Assembly: GCA_965218795.1 (NCBI GenBank)
Contig: OZ244653.1
Span: 3,392,001-3,456,000 of the forward strand
DNA: 64,000 nt
Direction: 5' to 3'
From: a bacterium
GTDB lineage: Bacteria > UBA8248 > JACPRG01 > G963555815
The notes beneath the pieces were generated by a model. The model worked only from the letters and a program-made list of their open reading frames with translations. It was not told the DNA's origin and made no database searches. Position 1 is the stretch's first letter, and each line of letters opens with the position of its first letter. Below, piece by piece: positions 1-8,405 of the stretch. The translations under genes and the position numbers were made by a program.

Positions 1-452
1 CCCCCCGCAGACGATTCCTGCCGGGCGGCGCTCTCCACGCTGACCTCGCATTCCTCGACCCACTCGACGCCGTCTTCGCCCGTCTCCCTCTTCCAAATGG
101 GGACGATCTGCTTGATTCGGTCAATGGCGTACTTACAGGCGGCGAAGGCTTCCGCCCGGTGAGAGGAGGCGACGGAGATCATGACAGCCGTATCTCCGAT
201 TTTGAGGTTGCCGACCCTGTGGACGATCGCCACGGCGTCGATCCCCCAACGTTCCTTGATCTCGTCGCCGATTTGGCGAAGCTTATGTTCGGCCATCGGC
301 TTGTAGGCGTGGTATTCCAACGCAACGATTCTTTGGCCGCGGGCGTGATCGCGAACGATACCGAAGAAATCAACCAGCGCGCCCTGACCGGAATCCAGCA
401 CGGCGCGGTGCAGCTCATCCACGTTGATGGTCGTCTCCGATATTTCAAACAT
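1..452 (-). CDS. moaE: Molybdopterin synthase catalytic subunit MoaE (3' end runs off the window)
   Basis: Manual translation from ATG at 452: MFEISETTINVDELHRAV...AIVHRVGNLKIGDTAVMISVASSHRAEAFAACKYAIDRIKQIVPIWKRE, with the MoaE HR and PIWKxE motifs. Not in the ORF track because it is open at the edge. Confidence 0.92.
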   Translation of the reverse strand, partial: MFEISETTINVDELHRAVLDSGQGALVDFFGIVRDHARGQRIVALEYHAYKPMAEHKLRQIGDEIKERWGIDAVAIVHRVGNLKIGDTAVMISVASSHRAEAFAACKYAIDRIKQIVPIWKRETGEDGVEWVEECEVSVESAARQESSAG

Positions 453-699
453 ATCCGCCTCCGGAAATCGGGGGGATCAACGCGACCTCGTCCCCTTCTT
501 GAACGGCATACTCAGACCCGACGAATTCTTGATTGACGGCGACGGTCAGGGCGCCGGACCGCTCGGCGAGCCTGGGGTGATCTTCGGACAGCCGCCGCAT
601 CACCTCCGCAACGGTCGCCCCATCAGGCAGGTCGAGCTGCAACTCGCCCGCTCCGACGGCATCTCTCGCCCAAGCGAACGTCATGACTTTAACCTTCAA
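445..699 (-). CDS. moaD: Molybdopterin synthase sulfur carrier MoaD with short C-terminal extension (GGGYV)
   Basis: Ubiquitin-like size (84 aa); MKVKVMTFA...VAVNQEFV...GDEVALIPPISGG; overlaps the moaE start. Confidence 0.92.
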   Translation of the reverse strand: MKVKVMTFAWARDAVGAGELQLDLPDGATVAEVMRRLSEDHPRLAERSGALTVAVNQEFVGSEYAVQEGDEVALIPPISGGGYV

Positions 700-729
700 G
701 TTACCTCTTTTCTGCCTTTCCGGCGGCGA

Positions 730-2136
730 TCAATCCTCGGTTTCACGCACAGAAACAATTGTAGGTCCGCATGGCTGGACTGTCAAACGAGCCAAGGTCC
801 AGGGACCTGGGATGACATGCGGCCCGGCGGCGATCAGCGCGGCTGAGAGCGAGCGGCCGTCCAGGAGGAGGTCCGCGATCACGCGCCCGCCCCACTTCCC
901 CCAAGACGGATCCCGGATAACGACTGTCCGGGCCGCGGCAATCGCCGACCGGGTGAAGGCCGCGGCGGCCCGCCCGGCGAGGAGAAGTGGGGGCAGGATT
1001 CGTAAAATCACATGGCCTCCGCCTTGATTCTCTTGTCTTGGGAGTCTCGGAGTAAAGTTAAAATCTTCCCGTTTCGCGGTGAACTGGTAAGCTTGATTTG
1101 GACGCTTTGGGGAGCTTCCGGTCCAGTAGAGGTAATTCCACATGTGGTTGTAATGGCGCAAATGCCAAATCGGATATTGATAAACGAGATAATCGCTCCG
1201 GAGCGCAACGCCGAATGCCGCGAATGCCGAATGGCTCATGTCCCCGATGGCGCCTCCAGAGATGACGTCTTTGATCCGGTCGGAGGGGATTCGCGCCGGT
1301 AAGGACCTGGGCCCGCCCTTCGGTTCTATTCCAACTCGACGGTAAAAATTCTCAATCGTACCCAGAGCCTTACGGAAAACGTCCTCGCTGGTTCCCGTGC
1401 TCTGATGAATGACCTGATCAAGCTCGTGGTGGTAGGCCTCGGGCTTGCGTCCGGTCTTTGAGTAGAAGGCCTGCGTCAACTCAAGAAAGCTCAGAGGAAT
1501 CCCTCCGCGTTCGTAATGGGCGTTGTACAGGGGATCCATCAACACCCACTTTCGATGATCGGACGACCAGGCCTCCGCCGTTATGTGACGGTATCCAATC
1601 ACCTCGCGGGCTGGAATTCCGACCACGCCGGCCGCCTGCACGAATAGCGTCGCCGCCTCCCCGCACATCATCCGCTCGTTTCTTTGTATCCCCCGCAGGA
1701 GTGTGAAGCCTCCCTTGCCCTCACGGGTCAGCGAGTACGGAATCTTCGAGAGTGTCAGGGGCCAAACCTTTTCGTGCGTCCACTGACGAATACGAATGGC
1801 CTTGTTGAAATTGGAAGTCGTGGAAGCGACCAGGGCATCCAGTTTGTTCTGCTTGCGAAAGGCGACCGCCGACGGGTGGCTTGGGTCCAGCAAGTCGAAG
1901 CCCACGCTTGAACCGGACCTGACGGGTCGGATTCCCTCTTTCCAGTCGAACAGATAACTTGTCAGAACATTCTTTCGGAAGGCCAGATACCCCTTCAGGG
2001 GATTTTCGAAATAAGCGGCAAAATGCGCATAGGAAATGTTTGGATAATTTCCCCGGTAGTCGAGTCCGAAGAATGTAGACAATCCGACCAAGGCCAATAG
2101 GGAAAGAGAAATTAAGTATCTCGGAAGCTGTGTCAC
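730..2136 (-). CDS. Membrane-anchored transglutaminase-like (Cys-His-Asp) protein; chimeric, with a thermonuclease-like fragment at the C-terminus
   Basis: N-terminal hydrophobic segment; MCGEAATLF...HITAEAW...WVLMDP triad pattern; the tail FTRSAIAAARTVVIRDPSWGKWGGRVIADLLLDGRSLSAALIAAG resembles the second half of an SNase domain. Confidence 0.65.
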   Translation of the reverse strand: MTQLPRYLISLSLLALVGLSTFFGLDYRGNYPNISYAHFAAYFENPLKGYLAFRKNVLTSYLFDWKEGIRPVRSGSSVGFDLLDPSHPSAVAFRKQNKLDALVASTTSNFNKAIRIRQWTHEKVWPLTLSKIPYSLTREGKGGFTLLRGIQRNERMMCGEAATLFVQAAGVVGIPAREVIGYRHITAEAWSSDHRKWVLMDPLYNAHYERGGIPLSFLELTQAFYSKTGRKPEAYHHELDQVIHQSTGTSEDVFRKALGTIENFYRRVGIEPKGGPRSLPARIPSDRIKDVISGGAIGDMSHSAFAAFGVALRSDYLVYQYPIWHLRHYNHMWNYLYWTGSSPKRPNQAYQFTAKREDFNFTPRLPRQENQGGGHVILRILPPLLLAGRAAAAFTRSAIAAARTVVIRDPSWGKWGGRVIADLLLDGRSLSAALIAAGPHVIPGPWTLARLTVQPCGPTIVSVRETED

Positions 2137-2259
2137 GATTCTCTCTCCTTGATTACGTCGCTATCTTCGGTCCACGACAACCGCGAGGAAAACCCTAAGC
2201 CGTTTCAACATTCTTCCCTTCCCGCTGTCTGCGGTGAGCATTCGGTTTTTCAGGTCCGT

Positions 2260-2779
2260 CGTTTATGCTGTGTCGGTTCTTTGAATTCGTTGATACATCT
2301 GAGAAGATAAGGAAGCAAAGGATCCTACACCCCCGAAGCGCTTGAGCCTTATCTGTCGGGTGCCGCCCAGCGGTCCGATCTCTAAGCTGGGCTTGTGGGG
2401 TGCCCGTCTGAGAGGAAAATCAGATCAATCTCTCTCGCCCTCCTGTGAATCGGCCCTCCTGTGAATCGGCCCTCCCTCCTGTGAATCGGCCCTAATGTAC
2501 TCGGCGATTTCAGAATCAAGCACCGCGTCATCCTCTAAGATCAGGCAGCACTCGGCCGTGGACTGGAGAAAGAGGCTTTGGGCCAAAAGGTGTGATGGTA
2601 GCAGCCCACTATCCTCGCGACTACGGCTGGCAAGTGCTCGGTCCCGGCGCTATCTCGACAGTCAATCCCTTTGACCCATAGTAAACTCTAGGCCCAGGCC
2701 GTCGAGCTGAGCCTGCATTTTTGCGCGGTGCAGCGTAGCGCTGGGAAGGAAAATTAAGTATATCGGATAGCGGCGCCAC
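2260..2779 (-). pseudogene. Glycosyltransferase family 25 (LPS/LOS biosynthesis) pseudogene
   Basis: Pieces in different frames: PIYLIFLPSATLHRAKMQAQLDGLGLEF, CCLILEDDAVLD and REIDLIFLSDG; stops, frameshifts and an internal 16-bp tandem repeat. The 3' limit is approximate. Confidence 0.7.
2437..2493. repeat. Three tandem copies of a 16-bp unit (GCCCTCCTGTGAATCG)
   Basis: Directly visible; a 4-bp insert separates copies 2 and 3. Confidence 0.9.
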
Positions 2780-2882
2780 GATTCTCTCTCTTTGATTGCG
2801 GCGCTATCTCGGTCTCGGATAGCGACTCCCTCGACTCATCCGACTTACTATAGATTCCCTTCGTGCTCGCCCCGCACGGCCC

Positions 2883-3104
2883 TCATTCGCCCATCGCTCT
2901 TAAGATTTCTTCCCGCGGCGGTTGTGCAAGCGTATCACAGATTTTGAAAATTCGATCCTGTTCATGTCTCGGAAGCTTCTCAAATATGAGGGCAACGGCT
3001 TTCCCGCTGGGGAAGAGGCTCACCTCCTCTGGCGACCGCTCCATTATTCCTTCTGGTAGCAACTCCACCGGATGGCATTGCAGTGCCTTCGCTAGGCGGA
3101 TCAT
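2883..3104 (-). pseudogene. 5'-truncated XRE-family HTH regulator fragment (phage-like)
   Basis: MIRLAKALQCHPVELLPE matches the last helices of an XRE HTH; the N-terminal helices are missing and the fragment abuts a glycosyltransferase fragment. Confidence 0.55.
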
Positions 3105-3420
3105 CCAGGATCAGCCAGTCGTCTTCAAGGTGGAAGAAGTAGGGTTGGCGCGGCTTCGACCAGAGCGATCTCACGGCCTCGCTGAAGTCAGGAGTGGCTG
3201 GGGCGGAAATCTCGGCGGAGGGGAAACGATCGAGGATGATTTTCTTGCACGCTTCCCCGTCCTCGGCCGTGCCCATGAAGGGATCGATATTCGCGAACAC
3301 CCCGACGATCCGGAAATTGTCAAAAACCTTTTCCCCAAACGACCGCAGGGTGCGCTTAAGGAGTTCCGGCCGACGACCGGCAACCAGGATGAGAGCAATG
3401 TCGGTTTCTTTTACCTCCAT
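3105..3420 (-). pseudogene. 3'-truncated GT-A glycosyltransferase fragment
   Basis: MEVKETDIALILVAGRRPELLKRTLRSF...YFFHLEDDW (DxD-like motif), then an abrupt junction into the XRE fragment. Confidence 0.6.
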
Positions 3421-3967
3421 CCGTCTTTCCTTTTTCACTTTTTCATTTTCGCAAAACGAACAAACCCTCAAGCACACCGGAAAACCAAGAAAATGGGGGG
3501 ATTAAAGAGAGGAGCGCGTCAAGGTCCAGCAAAAAGTCCGCATATGAACCGACGAACTGTCTTATCCTTTCAGGCACCCCCTCCAGATTTTTGGGTATCA
3601 CGTTCGAGCGATATGTTTTCATTGCTCTGAAGCCGCCCTGCCCAAGAATGTCTTTCATACTTTTTTGCGTATAGAGCCGATCGTGATGACCGCGGCGGGG
3701 AAGCCGTCGTGCCAGGAACTCGGCCCAGCTCCACCGATTCGGAAACATCAACAAAACCAGCAAGCCGTTGTTTGATAAAACACGCACCAATTCTTTGAGA
3801 GAGCCAAGTTCGTCTTCAACGTGTTCCAAGACACCACAAGCGAGGACGCTGCCGAAAGAGGCATCGTCAAACGGAAGTTCAATTGTGTCGGTCCCGTAAA
3901 CGGTATTCAGGTTTGCTTCCCTTAGCAAAAGATTCCATGGAGACGGCTCTTTTGGCTCTATCGTATA

Positions 3968-4793
3968 GGGCCTGTTAACACTAGCGTAGAGCATCGACGA
4001 TGAGTGCGAACAGGATGAACCCGAGGTACAGGGCGTCGAGCTTCTCGAAGCGGGTGAAGATCCGGCGGAAGCCCTTCAATCGACGGAACAGACGCTCGAT
4101 CTCGTTGCGCCTCTTGTACGTCTCCCGGTCGTACTGCCAGGGGTCGACCCGGGTTTTCAGAGGCGGAACCACGGGCGTGAACCCGAGTGCCAGGGCCAGC
4201 CTTTGTGTCTCGCTGCCCTCGTATGCGCGGTCCATCACCAAGGACGGATTGTTGGGCCGCCGACCCAGGCGGTGCAGCAGCTTACGCCCTTCCGGTGCGT
4301 CGTGGGCCTGTCCGGGCGACAGCGCGAAGGTCAGGGCCGTTCGAGCATCCGCGGCAACCAGATGAATCCTGGTGGTCCACCCGCCCCGGGACTGGCCGAT
4401 GGACTGGGGGCCGTTTTTTGTAGCGCACCCGTTCCGTCGGGATGGACCTTGACGATGGCGCTGTCCAGCGACACCGCCTCAAGCTGGATGCGCACGATCC
4501 GTTCCCGCTGCAACTGCTCGAAGACCCGGTCGAGCACCCCGTTCCTGGACCAGCGGTTCATCCGGGTGTAGATGGTGTGCCAGTTGCCGAACCGGGTCGG
4601 CAGCCCCCGCCACTTGCAGCCATGCTCGGCGACGTACAGGATGGCGTTGAGCACTTGCAGGTTCGACAGGCTGACGTTGCCGCGTTGCACCGGCAGGGAG
4701 GGTGCAATGCGTTCGTACTGAGCTTGGGTGATCTCCATCCGCAAAGGATAGCAGGATCTCAATGATTTCTCAATAATTAGTGCTAACAGGCCC
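3968..4793 (-). mobile_element. IS5-family (IS427-group-like) insertion sequence, 826 bp
   Basis: 16-bp terminal inverted repeats GGGCCTGTTAACACTA / GGGCCTGTTAGCACTA (1 mismatch); TA duplication at 3966-3967 and 4794-4795. Confidence 0.93.
3981..4738 (-). CDS. IS5-family transposase, two ORFs joined by a -1 frameshift at an A6 run (about 4414-4419)
   Basis: OrfA: GCKWRGLPTRFGNWHTIYTRMNRW...LDSAIVKVH; after the shift: GPQSIGQSRGGWTTRIHLVA...MDRAYEG...YKRRNEIERLFRRLKGFRRIFTRFEK (DDE). Confidence 0.9.
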
Positions 4794-5028
4794 TAGGCGG
4801 TGACATCAAATCCTCGGCTGCAAAGGAAGTACGACATTTGCCCGTAGCCGCAAACCCCAGTCAAGTACCTTTTGCCCTGGGTAGAGAAGCGAGGCGATAT
4901 AGTCTGCTTTTCGCTGGTAAGAGACTCTCCCCAAAGGTGTCGATAGGTGGGAAAGATGTTGACACCCCAAATCGAGGGAGCGCTCAACGGTCGTTTTCAG
5001 GTACTCCAATTCATCCTTTCTCTCTTCC

Positions 5029-5751
5029 TCATTCATTAAATCCCCCTCCGCGCTTCGTAGCCCTCAAGATGACGCTCCGGCCCAACAGAAGCCTCCACGT
5101 TCCCAGCATCCGCTCAACCGTGCCCGCCTTGGCGTTCATTCCTCTCAGCCACATGGGCAGGGCCAAGGGCAGGAGGAGCCAGTCTTTCGTCTTGATCATG
5201 GTGATCTCGACTCTGTCGAGAAGGAACCCGGAGCGATTCAGGAGGAAAGCAATCGTGGGGAGATAGGGAACCGTTATGTGCCAGGGGACTGGGCCCGGCG
5301 GCGGCTCCAAGGCCTTCCGGCTTAAAGTCTTGAATCCCCCAAACTGACCTCCGAGGAAGTAGAACAGGCGGGATTGGATCTTGTTGACGTTAGGCGTTGA
5401 AAGCACGAGCCGCCCGCCTGGCCGAAGAATGCGAGCGAACTCCTGTAGACAAAACGCGGGCATTTCCAGGTGCTCAATGCCCTCGAGCGAGACAACGGCG
5501 TCGAAGAATACATCGGGGTAGGGTAGGGATTGATTCAGGTCGACAACGTCGAAACGTATCCCCCCCCTCTCTTTCGCGAAAACCTTCGGATCCAAGTCAG
5601 ACGCCCAGACTTCGTGCCCCCGCTCCCGCAACGCATGGGAAAGCGCTCCCTCGCCGCATGGCGAGTCCAGCAGCCTTCCCGGAGAAAGGTCGGAGAGAAG
5701 CCGCAACGCCGCTTCGCGGCGGCGTATTCTGTGTTTGGTCCTTCGCCACAT
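5029..5751 (-). CDS. Class I SAM-dependent methyltransferase (type 11-like)
   Basis: LLDSPCGEG motif I; LPYPDVFFDAVVSLEGIEHL; RILRPGGRLVLSTPN. Confidence 0.85.
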   Translation of the reverse strand: MWRRTKHRIRRREAALRLLSDLSPGRLLDSPCGEGALSHALRERGHEVWASDLDPKVFAKERGGIRFDVVDLNQSLPYPDVFFDAVVSLEGIEHLEMPAFCLQEFARILRPGGRLVLSTPNVNKIQSRLFYFLGGQFGGFKTLSRKALEPPPGPVPWHITVPYLPTIAFLLNRSGFLLDRVEITMIKTKDWLLLPLALPMWLRGMNAKAGTVERMLGTWRLLLGRSVILRATKRGGGFNE

Positions 5752-5773
5752 AGCGGAAGCCGCTCCGATTGAG

Positions 5774-6517
5774 TCAGAACCTCGTCCAGCTCCAGATGAC
5801 CCTCCCGATCATCCGGAACGTCTGGACCTCTTCGGGTTCGTCCCTGCGCCACACCATGGGCGGGAACCTCGCGCCGTCCGGGTTGTCGGATTCAACGATG
5901 TAGGTCCCCGCGTAATCCGTCAAGCGAATACGCTTGACGATCGCGCCCTCTGACGCGCGGTCGTACAGGCAGTAAAGACGACCGTCTTCTATGAAGGCGG
6001 GAGCATGGTGGACGGCGATCAGCGAGCCTTCCGGCAGCGTGGGCGTCATGGACTCCCCCGTGACACGCACGGCCGTCACCCGGCCCGCAGGCACCCAATC
6101 CGAGTATATGATCGCAAAACCCTCAATGTTGTTCTCCGCGACCACCGCTCCCGCCCCGGCCGCTATCGGGTCTGAGATGAGCGGAATCGCCGTGTAGGAC
6201 TCCGGCCCCTCCAGCTCGTTCACCCGCTCCCTGTATTCCTCGTGCGTCCACACCTCCAGCCTGGACACGGGGGGAAGGCGGCCGCGCCATTGCGCTGCGG
6301 GTTCCGGGGCGTAGGCGCTGCTTGGACCACTCTCCCTCTTGAACCCCTCATGGATCCGAAAAAGGGTGTCTTCAGGGATCCCATGGTTGACCCATTTGCT
6401 GACCAACTGCTCTTTGATCTCCCGCCCAAGGGTCTCACTTAGTCTTTTGGCTGCCTTCCGATTGGTTCCGCCAAGGGCTGTAATCATTTGTTTTGGAAGA
6501 CGCTTCTTCTCAGTCAT
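5774..6517 (-). CDS. Phage CI/LexA-like repressor with S24 autopeptidase domain
   Basis: N-terminal HTH-like region (EQLVSKWVNHGIP), Ala-Gly cleavage site (PIAAG), catalytic Ser (GESM) and Lys (VKR), C-terminal IGRVIWSW. The alternative start is 6544. Confidence 0.85.
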   Translation of the reverse strand: MTEKKRLPKQMITALGGTNRKAAKRLSETLGREIKEQLVSKWVNHGIPEDTLFRIHEGFKRESGPSSAYAPEPAAQWRGRLPPVSRLEVWTHEEYRERVNELEGPESYTAIPLISDPIAAGAGAVVAENNIEGFAIIYSDWVPAGRVTAVRVTGESMTPTLPEGSLIAVHHAPAFIEDGRLYCLYDRASEGAIVKRIRLTDYAGTYIVESDNPDGARFPPMVWRRDEPEEVQTFRMIGRVIWSWTRF

Positions 6518-6535
6518 GAAATATTTCCCGCAATT

Positions 6536-6578
6536 GTTAGCCATTACGATTGACAGTTAGCAATAATGATATCATATT
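6536..6578 (+). promoter_or_regulatory. Divergent promoter/operator region between the repressor and the tail-fibre gene
   Basis: TTGACA (6550-6555), 17 bp, CATATT (6573-6578); imperfect 15-bp direct repeats GTTAGCCATTACGAT (6536-6550) and GTTAGCAATAATGAT (6556-6570) flank the -35. Confidence 0.6.
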
Positions 6579-6653
6579 CCTACGGATGAAGTCAAGACGC
6601 CTCCACTACCGGCCCGAGCGGCCCCGTCCTCAAGACCTGAAAGGAGTCATTCC

Positions 6654-7682
6654 ATGTCCGATCAAGTAAAGTTCGGCGTGGCCGGTACAATCGGCGACAA
6701 GGTCGTCGAAACAGCGCACATCGCCGACGACGCCATCACGGAATCGGAAATCGCACCCAACGCCGTGACCGGAGAGAAGATCGGCGAACGGGTCATCAAT
6801 CATACGCACATCGCCGATGACGCCGTCACCACCGACCAACTGGCCAACGAGTCCGTTGTCACCGACAACCTGACCGACGGCGCGGTCATCACGGACAAGA
6901 TCGCCAATGCATCCGTGACAGCCGACAAGATCGCCACCGGAGCCGTGGATACGGAGAAGATCACCAGCGGGGCAATTACCACGGACAAGATCGGCGACCG
7001 GGTCATCAACCACACGCACATCGCCGATGACGCCGTCACCACCGACAACCTGGCCGACGGCGCGGTCATCACGGACAAGCTCGCCAATGCATCCGTGACA
7101 GCCGACAAGATCGCCCCTGACGCCCTGGTGTTCAATATATCTCAACTGCCAGTGGTCCCCCTCGACAAAGGCGGCACGGGCGCCGATAACGCCTCCGATG
7201 CGCGCAGAAACCTCGGCCTCGGCACGGCGGCGACCCGCAATGCAGGCAGGGCCGCTGGCGATGTGCCGGTGCTCGGGTCCAGTGGGAAGCTGGCGGAGGC
7301 CGTGATTCCAGGCGGCTTCGTGCCGGCCGGCACGCGGATGGTCTTCGCACAGGCCGCGCCGCCCGCCGGGTGGACGCAGGATGCAAATTACAACGACCGC
7401 GTTCTGCGTTTCGTGAGCGGGGCGGGCGGGGGAACGGGCGGAAGCAAGAGCGTTGCGGGCGGAAGAGTGAACACCAACACAGAGGGGAGCCATAATCATG
7501 GAGGAGGGTACACGGGGACGGTCAGCGAGGATGGGAACGACTTCCGTGCCGTCCATGTGAGCGGCCAAACAGTATTCACAAGTCAAGCGCATAAACACAC
7601 GATCGGCTCGGGCGGCAACCATTCGCATACCCTCTCTTACAACATCAAATACCGCAACGTCATCGCAGCGACAAAGGATTGA
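6654..7682 (+). CDS. Phage tail-fibre-like protein
   Basis: About 15 ten-residue repeats (AVTTDKIA-type), a GGTGA..ARRNLGLG motif, a tail-collar-like PAGTRMVFAQAAPPAGWT segment, His-x-His needle motifs (SHNH, AHKH, NHSH) and a C-terminal KYRNVIAATKD; RBS AAGGAG. Confidence 0.8.
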   Translation: MSDQVKFGVAGTIGDKVVETAHIADDAITESEIAPNAVTGEKIGERVINHTHIADDAVTTDQLANESVVTDNLTDGAVITDKIANASVTADKIATGAVDTEKITSGAITTDKIGDRVINHTHIADDAVTTDNLADGAVITDKLANASVTADKIAPDALVFNISQLPVVPLDKGGTGADNASDARRNLGLGTAATRNAGRAAGDVPVLGSSGKLAEAVIPGGFVPAGTRMVFAQAAPPAGWTQDANYNDRVLRFVSGAGGGTGGSKSVAGGRVNTNTEGSHNHGGGYTGTVSEDGNDFRAVHVSGQTVFTSQAHKHTIGSGGNHSHTLSYNIKYRNVIAATKD

Positions 7683-7719
7683 CTCCGGCCAGAAGATCGC
7701 CGGGGTCTGCCCCCGGCTT

Positions 7720-7958
7720 GTCATTCCCGCCCCCGAGTGCTTCCGTCGGGGGCGGGAGCCCACGGAGCCTGCGCTGCAACCTGCCCTTAGCCGGTCGCTC
7801 CCGCGGGCAGCAGGCGGGAGCTCACGGCTTGTCATCTTCGCGAAGGCAAGCTCAATCGCTCACCCCTGCGCCCCCGCCTGATGATTGCGGGGACAGGCAT
7901 AAGTCCGGGCGCCAGGCAATTTCACCCCTCTCCCTCTGGGAGAGGGCAGGGTGAGGGG
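7720..7958. repeat. Cluster of degenerate REP-like palindromes
   Basis: GTCATTCCCGC...GCGGGAGCCCA-type units and a CCCCTCTCCCTCTGGGAGAGGGCAGGGTGAGGGG unit. Confidence 0.65.
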
Positions 7959-8051
7959 GATTCCCCGCCCATATTCCCCGCGCATCTCAGGCCGAGGGCC
8001 GCAACTCGTCCCCCCTGCATGCCTTCGGCAGGGGTCCAAAGGAGGAAGGAA

Positions 8052-8405
8052 ATGCCCCGTGAATGTGAAATCCCGCGCAGCGGCTTCTGTCCGGAGAACC
8101 GGAAATGTCCGTGGTGGAACGACGGGATCGTTTTGGACGACCCGGCGGAACCCGCCGGGCAGCCGAAGGTTTATCGGGGATGCGTGATCGACATCTTCAT
8201 CCCGCTCATGCGCGGCGTGGCCGTCACCAGCCGCGAATCGGCCGCCTCGGTCCAGAGCGTCCGAAACGTTATAGCCTCGGGATTTCAGGGGCTGGCCGAG
8301 GCCGCGGGCCTGGACTCAACAAGGGTCGCCAAACGCATCTCGGACGCGGACGAGGCGGCAAACAGGAAGGCTCTCGTAAACCCCGCGCAAGCCAGACAAG
8401 GCTAG
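8052..8405 (+). CDS. Cys-rich phage protein of the kind often found just downstream of tail-fibre genes (putative fibre accessory protein)
   Basis: Strong RBS GGAGGAAGGA; C..C..CPWW...GCVI...AASVQSVRN pattern. Confidence 0.6.
   Translation: MPRECEIPRSGFCPENRKCPWWNDGIVLDDPAEPAGQPKVYRGCVIDIFIPLMRGVAVTSRESAASVQSVRNVIASGFQGLAEAAGLDSTRVAKRISDADEAANRKALVNPAQARQG

Larger units (their letters stand above)
3443..5036 (-). pseudogene. Class I SAM-dependent methyltransferase disrupted by IS5 and by a 1-bp insertion
   Basis: Removing the IS (and one TA) plus one T near 4852 restores VLDWGCGYGQMSYFLCSRGFDVTAYTIEPKEP...LPFDDASFGSVLACGVLEHV. Confidence 0.85.

Noticed and set aside
2437-2493. Short repeats as a CRISPR array
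   Set aside because: The units are adjacent with no spacers, and there are no cas genes.
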